A stretch of DNA of 64,000 nucleotides from Spirochaetia bacterium (GCA_965203055.1 OZ241863.1:2368001-2432000), one strand, 5' to 3'; positions 34,054 through 44,291 are shown, numbered from the stretch's first letter. Notes: generated by a model not told the origin, from the sequence alone. Numbers and translations are program-made.

Positions 34054-34122
34054 TGCACTTTCTACCACAGCTCCCCACCTGGCGGTGGCCCACCATAGCA
34101 CCGGCCCCGCGCACACCGTCAA
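34054..34122 (-). promoter_or_regulatory. dcw promoter with MraZ-box direct repeats
   Basis: GTGGG(34078)/GTGGT(34068)/GTGCA(34058) at 10-bp period; extended -10 TGCTATGGT (34100-34092); TTGACG (34122-34117). Confidence 0.65.
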
Positions 34123-34251
34123 CCACTCCGCCAGCGCCGACCGGCAGGATTTTTCATGCGTGCTCGGCAACTACTCAACTTTTGTGTAGTATTGGCGCGC
34201 GGTCGCCCGCCGGCTTATGGTGGGGCTACCTCCTCCGAGATTGGAGTTGCG

Positions 34252-34566
34252 TTGTACCGGGTACATTTCAAGTGGAAGGGAAAGGAAGTGCAGCTCTCTG
34301 CCAAGAGGCTTGACCTGACCCATCCTTATTTCGTCTCCATCAAAGACATTGTATTTGAGCGGGACCAGCAGATCATCATCAACCCCACGGCCGAGGACGT
34401 GCGCCGCACCTTCGGCAGCGCCGAGCATCTGATGATTCCGTTTCAAACGGTGTCGTTGATCGAAGAGTTCCCGGAATCGGCGGCAAGCCGGATTCGGCCC
34501 TTCACCCTGGTAGACGAAACGGACGACGAGGCCGACCTCGACAGCGACGACTCCTCGCCGCCGTAG
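34252..34566 (+). CDS. Small conserved protein, DUF1820-like
   Basis: TTG start after GGAG; YRVHF...FVSIKDIVF...IIINP.ED..RTF...LMIP; family call from memory. Confidence 0.7.
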   Translation: MYRVHFKWKGKEVQLSAKRLDLTHPYFVSIKDIVFERDQQIIINPTAEDVRRTFGSAEHLMIPFQTVSLIEEFPESAASRIRPFTLVDETDDEADLDSDDSSPP

Positions 34567-34586
34567 CCGCCGCGGCCGGGCGGCGG

Positions 34587-36269
34587 TTACCCGCGGCGGG
34601 CGAGCAGCTCGGCGGCGTGGCGCAACGACACCTCGACCGAGTCATCGCCGGACAGCATGCGCGCCACCTCCGCCACTCGCCGGCGGCCGCTCACCGCGGC
34701 CACCGCGGTCACGGTGCGGCCCTCCCGTTCCTGCTTGAATACCCGCAGGTGAGTAGCGGCCCGCACCGCCACGGTGGCGAGGTGGGTAATGCACAGGAGT
34801 TGCCGGCGCTGCGCCAGCCGCGCCAGCTTGTCTCCCACCGCGGCGGCGACCGCGCCGCCGATGCCGGCGTCCACCTCGTCGAACACCAGGGTTGCGACCG
34901 GGTCGCCGTCGGCGAACACCGACTTGAGGGCCAGCATGACCCGGGACAGCTCGCCGCCGGAAGCGGTGGAGCGCAGCGGCTTCAGCGGTTCGCCGGCGTT
35001 GGCGGCGATGAGGAAGGCGACGCTCTCCGCGCCGCCGGCGGTGATGGCCGGCGCCCCCTGTTCGGTGCGCGGCCGCAGCGCCGCGGCGAAGCGCGCCTGC
35101 GGCATGCCCAGATCGGCAAGGGCGGCCTGCACCGCCTCGCGCAGGCGGCCGGCCGCGCGGCGCCGCTGCTCGCTGAGCCGCGCCGCGCACCGGGCCAGCC
35201 CGGCGCTGCGCCGCTCCACCTCCCGCGCCGCGCCGGCGGCGGTTTCGCGGGCGCGCTCCAGGCGCTCCAGCTCCGCCTGCGCCCGGTCGCCGTGGGCCAG
35301 CACCGCGGCCACCGAGTCACCGTACTTGCGCTGCAACCCGCGGATCAGCTCCAGCCGTTCGCCGACCGCGGCAAGGCGTCCGGCGTCGTAATGCAAGCTG
35401 TTCCAGTAGCGGCGCACGCCCTCGGCGGCATCCTCCAACTCGTAGAACGAGGTCTCGACCTGTTGCCGGCAGCCGTCGAAGCTGGCGTCCAGGGCAGCCA
35501 GCTCCTGCAGGTCCTCCAGCACCCCGCGCAACGTGGCCACCACGCCGCCGCGCGCCTCCGCGGTGCGCTCGTAGACCTGACGGGCGGTGGTCGAGATGCG
35601 TTCGAACGCCGCCAGGCGGCGCTGCTCCCGTTCCAGGTCCTGTTCCTCGGCGGGTTGCAGGTGAGCGGCGGCGATCTCCTGCGCGGCATGGCGCAACAAC
35701 TCGACCTGGCGGCCGCGGTCCGCGGCGCCCTGCTCCAGGTCTCGCAGGCGCGCCCGGGCGGCGGCCAGCGCGGCATGCGCCGCGGCCACTTCGCGGGCCA
35801 GCGGGCGCTGGCCCGCGAAGTGGTCCAGCAGCCGGCGCTGCTGATCTTCGCGCAGCAGGGACTGGTGCTCATGCTGCCCGTGCAGGTCGAACAACCACTG
35901 CCCCAGGGCCGCGAGCTGCGCGGTCTGCACCGGCACCGCGCCGATGAAGCCGGAGGAGCGGCCGTTGCGGCGGACGACCCGGCGCAGGATGACGCGCTCC
36001 TCCTCGACCGGCAGCTCGCGTTCCTCCAACCAGGCGCGAACCTCGGCCGGGGCGCGGCTCAGGCACACCACGGCGCTCACCTCGGCGCTGGCGGCGCCGC
36101 TGCGGATGTCGGCGGTCGACGCGCGGCTGCCGAGCAGCAGTCCGAGCGCGCCGATGATGATCGACTTGCCGGCTCCGGTCTCGCCGCTGAGGACGTTGAG
36201 CTGCGGCCCGAAGCTCACCTCCAGGCGGTCGATGAGGGCGTAGTCACGCACCGCCAGCGACTCAAGCAC
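34587..36269 (-). CDS. recN: DNA repair protein RecN
   Basis: LSGETGAGKSII, HGQHEHQSL, ASGGELSRVMLALK, FDEVDAGIGG, CITHL. Confidence 0.97.
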   Translation of the reverse strand: MLESLAVRDYALIDRLEVSFGPQLNVLSGETGAGKSIIIGALGLLLGSRASTADIRSGAASAEVSAVVCLSRAPAEVRAWLEERELPVEEERVILRRVVRRNGRSSGFIGAVPVQTAQLAALGQWLFDLHGQHEHQSLLREDQQRRLLDHFAGQRPLAREVAAAHAALAAARARLRDLEQGAADRGRQVELLRHAAQEIAAAHLQPAEEQDLEREQRRLAAFERISTTARQVYERTAEARGGVVATLRGVLEDLQELAALDASFDGCRQQVETSFYELEDAAEGVRRYWNSLHYDAGRLAAVGERLELIRGLQRKYGDSVAAVLAHGDRAQAELERLERARETAAGAAREVERRSAGLARCAARLSEQRRRAAGRLREAVQAALADLGMPQARFAAALRPRTEQGAPAITAGGAESVAFLIAANAGEPLKPLRSTASGGELSRVMLALKSVFADGDPVATLVFDEVDAGIGGAVAAAVGDKLARLAQRRQLLCITHLATVAVRAATHLRVFKQEREGRTVTAVAAVSGRRRVAEVARMLSGDDSVEVSLRHAAELLARRG

Positions 36270-37170
36270 GCGGCTCTCCCGCCCAGTCCAGCTTGGAGCG
36301 CAGCACTTGGTAGAAGTTGCGCTCCCCCGAGCGGATGATGTGGGTCCGGTGGACCGACCGGGAGAGGGCCACGCGGTCGCCCGGCTGCAGCAGCACCACC
36401 TCCACGCCGTCCACCGTAAGGCTGATTTCGGTGCGCTGCCCCGGCTCCACCTCCACCAGCACCGGTTCGTCGGCCGGTACCAGCAGCGGCCGATTGGCCA
36501 ACGTGAAGGGACAGATGGGGGTGATCACGAACGCCGCCATCTCCGGGTGCAGAATCGGGCCGCCGGCGGCCATGGAGTAGGCGGTGGAGCCGGTCGGGGT
36601 AGCGAAGATCATGCCGTCGGCGCGGTAGTTGGCTACCCAGGTGCCGGCCAGGCGCACCCGCAGGCGGGCGATTCTGGAGCGTCCGTAGGCGGCGATGACG
36701 GCATCGTTGAGGCCGTCGAGGTTGGCCACTTCGGCGCCGGAGCGCGTGACGCGGGCGTTTACCATGAGCCGCGTACTCAACGTCCGTTCGCCGGCGGCGT
36801 AGGCCACGTACGCCTGGCGCCACTCATCGGCCGAGATCTCGGTGATGAAGCCCACGGTACCGAGATTGACCGGCAGGATCGGGATGTCGCTGCCGGCCAG
36901 CAGGCGCGCGCATTGCAGGAGCGTGCCGTCGCCGCCCAGGGAAACCGCCAGATCGATGGGAGCGGGGAGCGCCGGCGGGGAATCCGCGGCGTTGGTGATT
37001 TCGGCCTCCACCACCGCCACCCGCTGCCGGCGGAAGAAGTCGCGCACGCCGGCGATCACCTCCGGGCCGGCGCGGGCGCGGTTCAACAGCACGAAGGCGC
37101 GGCGGATGGTCCGCCGCGCCTTCTCCTCTGCCGGGCTGGTTCCCGCTGCTATGCGCGCTCCGACTCGCAT
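36262..37170 (-). CDS. nadK: NAD(+) kinase
   Basis: SLGGDGT, NLGTVGF, LND, ATPTGSTAYSMAAGGP. Confidence 0.96.
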   Translation of the reverse strand: MRVGARIAAGTSPAEEKARRTIRRAFVLLNRARAGPEVIAGVRDFFRRQRVAVVEAEITNAADSPPALPAPIDLAVSLGGDGTLLQCARLLAGSDIPILPVNLGTVGFITEISADEWRQAYVAYAAGERTLSTRLMVNARVTRSGAEVANLDGLNDAVIAAYGRSRIARLRVRLAGTWVANYRADGMIFATPTGSTAYSMAAGGPILHPEMAAFVITPICPFTLANRPLLVPADEPVLVEVEPGQRTEISLTVDGVEVVLLQPGDRVALSRSVHRTHIIRSGERNFYQVLRSKLDWAGEPRA

Positions 37171-37267
37171 TCGAGAGGCCTCCAGTATAGCCTCGGGCCG
37201 CGCCGCGGCGCCACCGGCCGGGCGCGGCAGCGATTACGGCAAGGCAGCGGCTACGGCCACGCAGCGG

Positions 37268-38374
37268 CTACGGCAACGTGGCCAGCACCTTGGCGATCCG
37301 GTTGGCGGCGCCGTCGGTGAGGGCCGGGTAGAGGGGGAACAGCAGGCAGCGCCGCGCCAATTCCCGGGCGCCGTCGAGGCCGGGGAGGTGGTCCGCCGGC
37401 GGCGGCGCGGCGCCGTTGGCGGCGGCGGGCGCCGCCACGCGGGTCAGGGCGCAGTCGTCACCGGCGAGCCGGGTTTCGACCCGGTGGCGCGCGGCATAGC
37501 GCCGCACCGCAAGCATGCCGTCCGCCACCAGCACCGGAAACAGGTGGCCGGGCGCCGCCGCCTCGGGCAGCGTCCGGTGCCGGCCGCGGGCCAGGGCGGC
37601 GCGAAACCGGGCCGCCAGTTCGGCGCACCGCGCGCGGCTGGCAGCGCGCTCCTGCCACTGCGCCAGCGCCAGGGCGGCATTCACGTCGGACAGCTCCTCG
37701 CCGCCGCGGTCACGCGGATAGGCATCCAGCAGGCGCCGGTCACGGCGCGCGCGCGCCAGAACCAGGCCGCCGCTCCCGGCAGCCAGCGCGGCGTGCGCCC
37801 CCAGACCGACCACGACCACCGCGCCGGCCGGTCCGGCCGAGGGCTCCGCGGCCTCCGCCTCGGGCGCGGCCAATCCCGGCAGCGCCGCGGTGAGGTCCTC
37901 CACCAGGGGCAACCCCAGTTCCCGCAGAGCGCCCGCGCCGCCCGGCTGCCCGACGCCGCGGCAGACCACCGCGGCCTGCGGCCGGTAGGCCGTCAGGCGC
38001 TGCAGCGCGGCGCGCGACAGGGCGCCCGACTCGGGATCGACGTCGATCAACAGCGGCACCAGTCCCAGCCGCTCCGCGGCCTGCACGTACGCCAGCGGCG
38101 CCAGCGCCGGCACCAATACATGGCCCGACCCGGCGCCGGCCGTGACCGCATGCAGCGCCGCTCCGAGCGCCGCTCCGTAGTCGGCGAGCGCTACCCCGCC
38201 CGCAAGCCGCAGCGCCGCGGCCACTTCCCGCGCCAGCCGGCGCGCCAAGGTCCCGGGGCCGATCTCCTCGGACACCAGACACTCCAGGACGGCGTGCATC
38301 TGGCGGCGCCGAATGGTAGGGCGGAACAGCGGGATCTTCGCTGCCGGCGCCTGGTTGGCTGCGGCGCGGGCCAT
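37268..38374 (-). CDS. Degenerate DegT/DnrJ/EryC1/StrS aminotransferase-like protein
   Basis: IPLFRPTI, IDVDP, PLVED, GSGG, LSDVNAAL, FPLYPAL; no Schiff-base Lys seen. Confidence 0.75.
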   Translation of the reverse strand: MARAAANQAPAAKIPLFRPTIRRRQMHAVLECLVSEEIGPGTLARRLAREVAAALRLAGGVALADYGAALGAALHAVTAGAGSGHVLVPALAPLAYVQAAERLGLVPLLIDVDPESGALSRAALQRLTAYRPQAAVVCRGVGQPGGAGALRELGLPLVEDLTAALPGLAAPEAEAAEPSAGPAGAVVVVGLGAHAALAAGSGGLVLARARRDRRLLDAYPRDRGGEELSDVNAALALAQWQERAASRARCAELAARFRAALARGRHRTLPEAAAPGHLFPVLVADGMLAVRRYAARHRVETRLAGDDCALTRVAAPAAANGAAPPPADHLPGLDGARELARRCLLFPLYPALTDGAANRIAKVLATLP

Positions 38375-38378
38375 CGTT

Positions 38379-39053
38379 TCAGACCTGCGCCGGCGCGGCC
38401 GGATCGACGCCGCCGCGCACCAGCGGCACGAAGCGGCATGCCACTCCAGTGGTGGCGGTAAAGCGCGCGCCGCGGCGCTGCAGCACCAGCAGGCGCTGCA
38501 CCTGATCGTCGGCTCCCACCGGCATCACCAGAATGCCGTTGTCCGCCAACTGCGAGCGCAACGCCGCCGGCACCGCCGGAGACGCCGCCGCGACCAGGAT
38601 GCGCTCGAACGGGCCGGCGTCGCGCCACCCCGCCGCGCCGTCGCCGACGCGGGCGCGCAGGTTGCCGTAGCCGAGCTGCCGCAACACGGCCAGCGCCCGC
38701 TGCAACAGCGCGCCGACCCGCTCGATGGTGTACAGCTCGCCGGCCAACTGCGCCAGCACCGCGGTCTGGTAGCCGCTGCCGCTGCCTATCTCCAGCACGC
38801 GCTCGGCGCCGCGCAACTGCAGCAGCTCGCTCATCAGCGCGACCATGTAGGGCTGCGACATGGTTTGCCCGTGGCCAATGCCAACCGGCGCATCGAGGTA
38901 GCAGGAAGCGGGATCGGATTCGGGGGCAAACCGGTGGCGCGGCAGCGTGCGCATGGCTTGCAGCACCCGCGGGTCGCCGATGCCGCGCGCCACGAGCTGG
39001 CGCCGCACCATCCGGTCGGCGAGGCGCCGCCAGGCCGGGTCAGCGGACTCCAC
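38379..39053 (-). CDS. pcm: Protein-L-isoaspartate O-methyltransferase
   Basis: GQTMSQPYMVA, VLEIGSGSGYQTAVL, FVPLV. Confidence 0.95.
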   Translation of the reverse strand: MESADPAWRRLADRMVRRQLVARGIGDPRVLQAMRTLPRHRFAPESDPASCYLDAPVGIGHGQTMSQPYMVALMSELLQLRGAERVLEIGSGSGYQTAVLAQLAGELYTIERVGALLQRALAVLRQLGYGNLRARVGDGAAGWRDAGPFERILVAAASPAVPAALRSQLADNGILVMPVGADDQVQRLLVLQRRGARFTATTGVACRFVPLVRGGVDPAAPAQV

Positions 39054-39095
39054 GGTTGCGCCGGGGGTGCGGCGGGCGGCGCCGCCGCAGCCGCC

Positions 39096-39299
39096 CTAAT
39101 TTCCGCCGGCGGCTGCCTGGTGGGCTCCGTTGCGCTCGCGCGCGTCCTTGGCGTGGAGCTTCGACAACTTGTAGTTCTTGAGCAGCATCCGTATGGCGTC
39201 GTTCACGGCCTCCGAGCGATCGTGATAGAACCCCTGCTGAATCATCTCGTCGAGTTCCTCCAGCAGATATTCCGACGTCTCTACGTAAGCTTTCGACAC
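39096..39299 (-). CDS. Ribbon-helix-helix (CopG/Arc/MetJ-like) protein
   Basis: beta strand + LLEELDEMIQQGFYHDRSEAVNDAIRMLL; GAGGAGG SD. Confidence 0.8.
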   Translation of the reverse strand: MSKAYVETSEYLLEELDEMIQQGFYHDRSEAVNDAIRMLLKNYKLSKLHAKDARERNGAHQAAAGGN

Positions 39300-39357
39300 T
39301 TGGCCCCCTCCTCGCCGACATGCAATGCAAATCTCTGCCCGGGGCCGCGTCCCGGAA

Positions 39358-39431
39358 TGGGCCTGGCTAGAATTGAACTAGCGACCTCACGCTTATCAGG
39401 CGTGCGCTCTGACCAACTGAGCTACAGGCCC
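39358..39431 (-). tRNA. tRNA-Ile (GAU), CCA not encoded
   Basis: GGGCCTGTAGCTCAGTTGGTCAGAGCGCACGCCTGATAAGCGTGAGGTCGCTAGTTCAATTCTAGCCAGGCCCA folds as a cloverleaf, anticodon GAT. Confidence 0.97.
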
Positions 39432-39538
39432 GGTGAACCGGGAGGCGGATCCTCCCTGCAAACTCCGAGCGAACGCGGGCCCCGGCTTCAGGGGCCATGA
39501 TGGCGGCCGGGGCCGCTCCTGTCAACGCCGCCGGCGGG

Positions 39539-39895
39539 TCACCGTGAATCGACCTCGTCGGAGGCGGACGCCTCGTCCTTGCCGCGCAGGTGGGCCAGCG
39601 CGCTCTCCTTCTCGTGGATGCGCCGCTCGACGTCGGCCAGTTCGGCCACCAGTTCCTTTACCCCGACGGTGTGCTTCGACACCGTATGCTGGCCGCGCAC
39701 GTTGAACGCGTCGTACACCTCGTGCCCGAGCTGCGACAGCAGCTTCATCGACTGCCGCTCCAACTGCATGATGTCGAACTTGAGCACCCCCATCTCGCTG
39801 AGGTCCTTGGCGCCGATGCGCGCCTTGTCCAGCACCCCGCGAGAGGCGTCGAGCCCCTGCTCCACCGCCCGTTCGATTCGATTCCACAGCGTCAT
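39539..39895 (-). CDS. Hypothetical coiled-coil protein
   Basis: AAGGAG SD, balanced composition, heptad pattern. Confidence 0.75.
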   Translation of the reverse strand: MTLWNRIERAVEQGLDASRGVLDKARIGAKDLSEMGVLKFDIMQLERQSMKLLSQLGHEVYDAFNVRGQHTVSKHTVGVKELVAELADVERRIHEKESALAHLRGKDEASASDEVDSR

Positions 39896-40055
39896 GGAAA
39901 CTCCTTCCCGCCGGCGTCGCGCAGCGGCCAGCCGCGCTCAATGTAGCGCCGCGTCCGGGCGCCGGCAACCGGGCGGCTCAGGCGAACCCGGCGGACCTGT
40001 TGCCGGCCGGTTTGCATAATGCCGGCGGCGCCACGTATAGTGTGCTCACCATCAA

Positions 40056-41312
40056 GTGACAGCACATAAAGTTCGAGATCTCGCGCTGGCGGAGCAGGGC
40101 GCCCTCAAGATGCGCTGGGCGCAGTCGCGCATGCCGGTACTGGCCTATCTGCAGCGCCAGTACGAAGACAGTAAACCGCTTGCCGGACAACGCATCGCCG
40201 GCTGCCTGCACGTCACCAAGGAGACCGGGGTGCTGATCCGGGCCTTGCGCGCCGCGGGAGCGGAAGTGGCGTGGAGCGGCTGCAACCCGCTCTCCACCCA
40301 GGACGACGTGGCCGCGGCGCTGGCGGCCGAGGACACCAGCATCTTCGCGTGGCAGGGCTTGTCGGTGGACGAGTTCTACTGGTGCATCGACGCCACCCTG
40401 AAGATCCGGCCCACGCTGACCCTGGATGACGGCGCTGACCTGATCTTCCGCGTCCACGCGCGCCATCCGCAACTGGCCGCGGAGATCCTGGGCGGCACCG
40501 AAGAGACCACGACCGGCGTCCACCGGCTGCAGGCCATGGCCGCGGCCGGCAAGCTGCGCTATCCGGTGATGGCGGTCAACAACGCCCAGACCAAGTGGGA
40601 CTTCGACAACGTGTACGGCACCGGCCAGTCGGCCCTGGACGGGGTGCTGCGCGCCACCTCGATCCTGCTGGCCGGCAAGACCCTGGTGGTGGCGGGTTTC
40701 GGCCACTGCGGGCGCGGTACGGCGCTGCGGGCGCACGGCATGGGCGCCCAGGTGATCGTTACCGAGGTCGATCCCATCGCCGCGCTCAAGGCGACCCTGG
40801 AGGGCTTTCCGGTACTGCCGATGGAGCAGGCGGCGGCCGTCGGCGACGTCTTCATCACCACGACGGGAATGAAGGACGTAATCACCGGGCCTCACTTCGA
40901 GGCCATGAAGGATGGCGCCGTGGTGTGCAACGCCGGTCACTACGACTGCGAGGTAAACCTCGCGGACCTGCGGGCGCTGAGCGCGGAGCCGGTCGAAATC
41001 CGCGCCCACAATGAGGAGTACGTCCTCGCCGGGGGGCGCCGAATCTACCTCCTGGCGCAGGGACGGCTGGTGAACCTGGCCGCGGCCGAAGGGCATCCCT
41101 CCGAAGTGATGGACATGTCGTTCGCCAACCAGTTCCTGAGCCTGGTCGCCCTGGCGCAGGATGGCGGCGCCCGCGCCAACGAGGTATATCCGATAGCCGA
41201 GGAACAGGATCGCCGCATCGCGGAGATCAAGCTGGTCACCATGGGCATCGCCATCGACCGCCTGACGCCGGAGCAGCAGGCGTACCGGGACGATTATTCG
41301 CAGGGCACCTGA
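40056..41312 (+). CDS. ahcY: Adenosylhomocysteinase
   Basis: GCLHVT, CNPLSTQD, EETTTGV, FDNVYGTGQS, GRLVNLAAAEGHPSEVMDMSF. Promoter TTGCAT-18-TATAGT at 40012-40041. Confidence 0.98.
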   Translation: MTAHKVRDLALAEQGALKMRWAQSRMPVLAYLQRQYEDSKPLAGQRIAGCLHVTKETGVLIRALRAAGAEVAWSGCNPLSTQDDVAAALAAEDTSIFAWQGLSVDEFYWCIDATLKIRPTLTLDDGADLIFRVHARHPQLAAEILGGTEETTTGVHRLQAMAAAGKLRYPVMAVNNAQTKWDFDNVYGTGQSALDGVLRATSILLAGKTLVVAGFGHCGRGTALRAHGMGAQVIVTEVDPIAALKATLEGFPVLPMEQAAAVGDVFITTTGMKDVITGPHFEAMKDGAVVCNAGHYDCEVNLADLRALSAEPVEIRAHNEEYVLAGGRRIYLLAQGRLVNLAAAEGHPSEVMDMSFANQFLSLVALAQDGGARANEVYPIAEEQDRRIAEIKLVTMGIAIDRLTPEQQAYRDDYSQGT

Positions 41313-42046
41313 TGGCCGTTGCACCGCGCCTCCATGGCGGGCGGCGCGCGCCGCCCGAGCCGGCGCCGCGGCCCGAAGTTGCCGCGCCGGCCTGCAACCT
41401 GCTGGTCCTGGGCCCGCCCGGGGCCGGCAAGGGGACGGTGGCCGAGCTGCTGTGCGCCGATCTGGCGATCCCGCACGTGTCGACCGGTGACATGTTCCGC
41501 GCCGCCATCAGCGCCGGCACCGAACTTGGCCGCCAGGTCGCCGAGACCATCGACCGCGGCTCGCTGGTGGCCGACGAGTTGACCGTGGACCTGATCCGCG
41601 AGCGGTTGGCGGCGGCCGACGTGCGGGCCGGGTACTTGCTGGACGGCTTCCCGCGCACCGTCTCCCAGGCCGTCGCGCTGGAGCGGATCAGCAGCGTGCG
41701 TGCCGCCATCAACCTGGAGGTCACCGCCGAGCTGGCGGTGCGGCGCATCTCGGGGCGCCGGGTCTGCCTGCGCGACGGCGAGATCTTCCACCTCGAAAAT
41801 CATCCCCCCAGCGCCGCCGGGCGCTGCGACCGCTGCGGGAGCCGGTTGATCCAGCGCGGCGACGATCGCCCCGCGGCGGTGCGGCGCCGGCTGCAGGTGT
41901 ACGTGGAGCAGACCGCGCCGCTGGTGGCCTTCTACCGTGCCCGCGGCCTGCTGTTGCCGGTGGATGGCAGCATGGTCCCCGAGCAGGTGCGCGATCACAT
42001 CCTGGCCCATCTGCAGCGCGCGCCGGAGGCCGCGGCGCTCGGCTAG
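41312..42046 (+). CDS. adk: Adenylate kinase
   Basis: LGPPGAGKGT, HVSTGDMFR, LLDGFPRT, Cys-containing LID. Confidence 0.96.
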   Translation: MAVAPRLHGGRRAPPEPAPRPEVAAPACNLLVLGPPGAGKGTVAELLCADLAIPHVSTGDMFRAAISAGTELGRQVAETIDRGSLVADELTVDLIRERLAAADVRAGYLLDGFPRTVSQAVALERISSVRAAINLEVTAELAVRRISGRRVCLRDGEIFHLENHPPSAAGRCDRCGSRLIQRGDDRPAAVRRRLQVYVEQTAPLVAFYRARGLLLPVDGSMVPEQVRDHILAHLQRAPEAAALG

Positions 42047-42999
42047 CTAAAGTCGGGTGATGACGGCTGCGGCGCCTCGGCGGCAAGGTCCGGGAAGTGC
42101 GCGGCAACCAGTTCCAGGACCGCGCCGCGGCGTACCAGCTCCCCGGCGAGCAGCTCGGCCAGCCGCTCCCGGTCCTGAAAGCCGGTCTCCAGGGCGGCCG
42201 CGAGCGCGGCCAGTCCGGCGTCGGGATCCGCCACCGCGGTGAGCAGGATCGCGGCGCGCTCGAACGCTAGCTCCGCCTGGCGCTCGTCCTCCGCCGGCAA
42301 CTGGTCCGCCGCGGCCGCGTAGATCTCCAACGCCGCTTCGAACCGCCCCCGCTGCCCCTCCACCTGCGCCAGCGCCAGCAGCGCCGCGGCGTCGTCCGGC
42401 GCCGCCTCCAGGTAGGCGCCGAGCACCGCGACCGCCTCCTCCGGCGGCCCGGTCTGCGCCAGCAGCAGCCCCAGGCGGTAGCGCGCCTCCTGATCATCGG
42501 GATCGTGGCGCAGCAGCGCGCGCAACTCGGCCGCCGCGGCCGGCAGCTCGGCCAGCGACCACAGCAGGATGGCGGAATTGTAGCGCGCCGTGATGTGTTC
42601 CGGCTGCGCCTTCAGCAGCGCGCGGTATGCGGCCAGCGCATCCCCCAGCCGGCCGCGGCGCTGATGACTGACGGCCTGCAGCTCCAGCGCCTGCGCGTTG
42701 CCGGGGTCGGCCGCGAGCAGCCGGCTCAGCTCCTCGCCGGCGCCGGCGGCGTCGCCCAGCTCCAGCAACGCCACCGCGAGATTGTAGCGCGCGGCCGCGG
42801 CTTCCGGGTCCAGGTCCAGGCTGCGCCGAAAGTAGTCGGCAGCCGGCTGCGCCTCGCCCAGGTTCAGGTAGCCGGTGCCCAGGTTGAAGTACTCCACGGC
42901 GAGCTCGCGGTTCAGGTCGGAGGCGCAGCCGGCGCCGAGCAACAGCACGGCGGCGGCGGCGCTGCACACCGCGGCGCGGTACACTGTGACCGTCACCAT
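42043..42999 (-). CDS. TPR-repeat lipoprotein
   Basis: Lipobox LLLGAGC; repeated TPR motifs (YFNLG, ARYNLA, ARYRLG). Start uncertain. Confidence 0.85.
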   Translation of the reverse strand: MVTVTVYRAAVCSAAAAVLLLGAGCASDLNRELAVEYFNLGTGYLNLGEAQPAADYFRRSLDLDPEAAAARYNLAVALLELGDAAGAGEELSRLLAADPGNAQALELQAVSHQRRGRLGDALAAYRALLKAQPEHITARYNSAILLWSLAELPAAAAELRALLRHDPDDQEARYRLGLLLAQTGPPEEAVAVLGAYLEAAPDDAAALLALAQVEGQRGRFEAALEIYAAAADQLPAEDERQAELAFERAAILLTAVADPDAGLAALAAALETGFQDRERLAELLAGELVRRGAVLELVAAHFPDLAAEAPQPSSPDFS

Positions 43000-43276
43000 G
43001 AGTACTTGCACCCGCGCCATCCTCGTGGCCGCGGCGCTGCTGGCCGCCGGCGCCTGCGGCGCGCGCGGCGCCGGCGACGGCAGCGCCGCCGAGTCGGGCC
43101 GCTACCGGGAGTCACCGATGTTGCGGGAGCGGGTGGAGGCCGGCGAGCTGCCGCCGGTGGAGGAGCGCCTGCCGGACGAGCCGCTGGTGGTGGAGGTGCC
43201 GGAAGTGGGAGAGTACGGCGGCGCCGTGGGCGGCGGGCGCGTGATCCAGAGCGACCAATGGCGCCCCACCCGTTAG
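42998..43276 (+). pseudogene. N-terminal fragment of an ABC substrate-binding lipoprotein (family 5-like)
   Basis: Signal ending AAGAC, then ESPML..V.AGELPPVEERLP.EPLVV..GEYGG; stops after 92 aa. Confidence 0.7.
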
Positions 43277-43277
43277 C

Positions 43278-44290
43278 TCAGACCTGATCGCCAACTCCGA
43301 CGAGCACCTGGCGGCCGCTCCGGCCCGACTCCAACAGCGCGTCGAGGACCCCCAGCACCTGCAGGTTGCGCCGGGCGCTGGTTTCCGGCTCCGGGCCGCC
43401 GCCGATCCAGTCGGCGAACCCGGCCGCCACCTGCTGGTCCAGCGTCAGGGCCGGGGCGGGATCGATCGCCTGCGGCTGCCACTCCGCGCTCGCCGGGGTC
43501 GCCGCCTCTAGCAGCTCGGCGCCGCCGAAGGAGCGCGAGTTGCGGTAGCGGAGGGCGCCGCGTTCGCACTCCACGCGCAGTTCGAGACTGTTGATCCGGG
43601 CATCCGAGGTGGACACCAGCGCCACGCGGCACCCGCTGCGCAGCGTCAACTCGGCGGTGGCGGTAGACTCCCGCCGCCAGGCGGTGGCCGGCGGGCGGTA
43701 GGAATGACCGTTCACCGCGGCGACCGGCTCCCCCATCATTGCCAGCAGACTATCGACTTCATGCACCGTCATCTGCCAGAGCTGGGAGTGCGGCGAGTCG
43801 GGGTACTCGCCGCCGCGCGCCTTGTAGGAGAGCAGATGACCCACCTGGGGTTGGCCCCAGCGGCGCTCCCGCAGCAGCCGGCGCACGGTGCGCTGGCCGG
43901 GCAGGTAGCGCCACTGCTGGACCACCGCGATCTTGCGGGCGCGCTGCGCGGCCAACGCCAGCAGCCGGCGCGCGCTCGCCAGAGTAAGGGTGAACGGCTT
44001 CTCCACCAGCACGTGCGCGCCCGCCGCCAACGCCTGTTCCACCAGTTCCTCGTGGGTGCGCGCCCAGGTCGCCACCACCACCGCGTCGCAGGAGCCGGCG
44101 GCCAGCGCCGCGCCGAGCGAGCCGTAGGCCAGTTCCGGCGCCAGCCCCTCCTCGGCGCACAGTCGGCGCAGGCGTTCGGCATCGAGGTCGACGACGCCGG
44201 CCACGTCGTAGCGCTCCGGCAGCGCCCGCAGGCTGCGCACGTGGGCGCGCCCGCGGCCGGCGCCCACGATGAGGGTGCGAAGCCGCTGCA

Positions 44291-44291
<1 letters not shown>
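43278..44291 (-). CDS. Gfo/Idh/MocA family oxidoreductase
   Basis: IVGAG Rossmann start, HVLVEKP, VHEVD. Confidence 0.9.

Noticed and set aside
39358..39431. tRNA as an integration site
   Set aside because: No duplicated 3' end or adjacent integrase seen.
39950..40055. SAH/SAM riboswitch before ahcY
   Set aside because: The predicted promoter leaves almost no leader; the GC-rich inverted repeat at 39961-40007 lies upstream of it and shows no motif I recognise.
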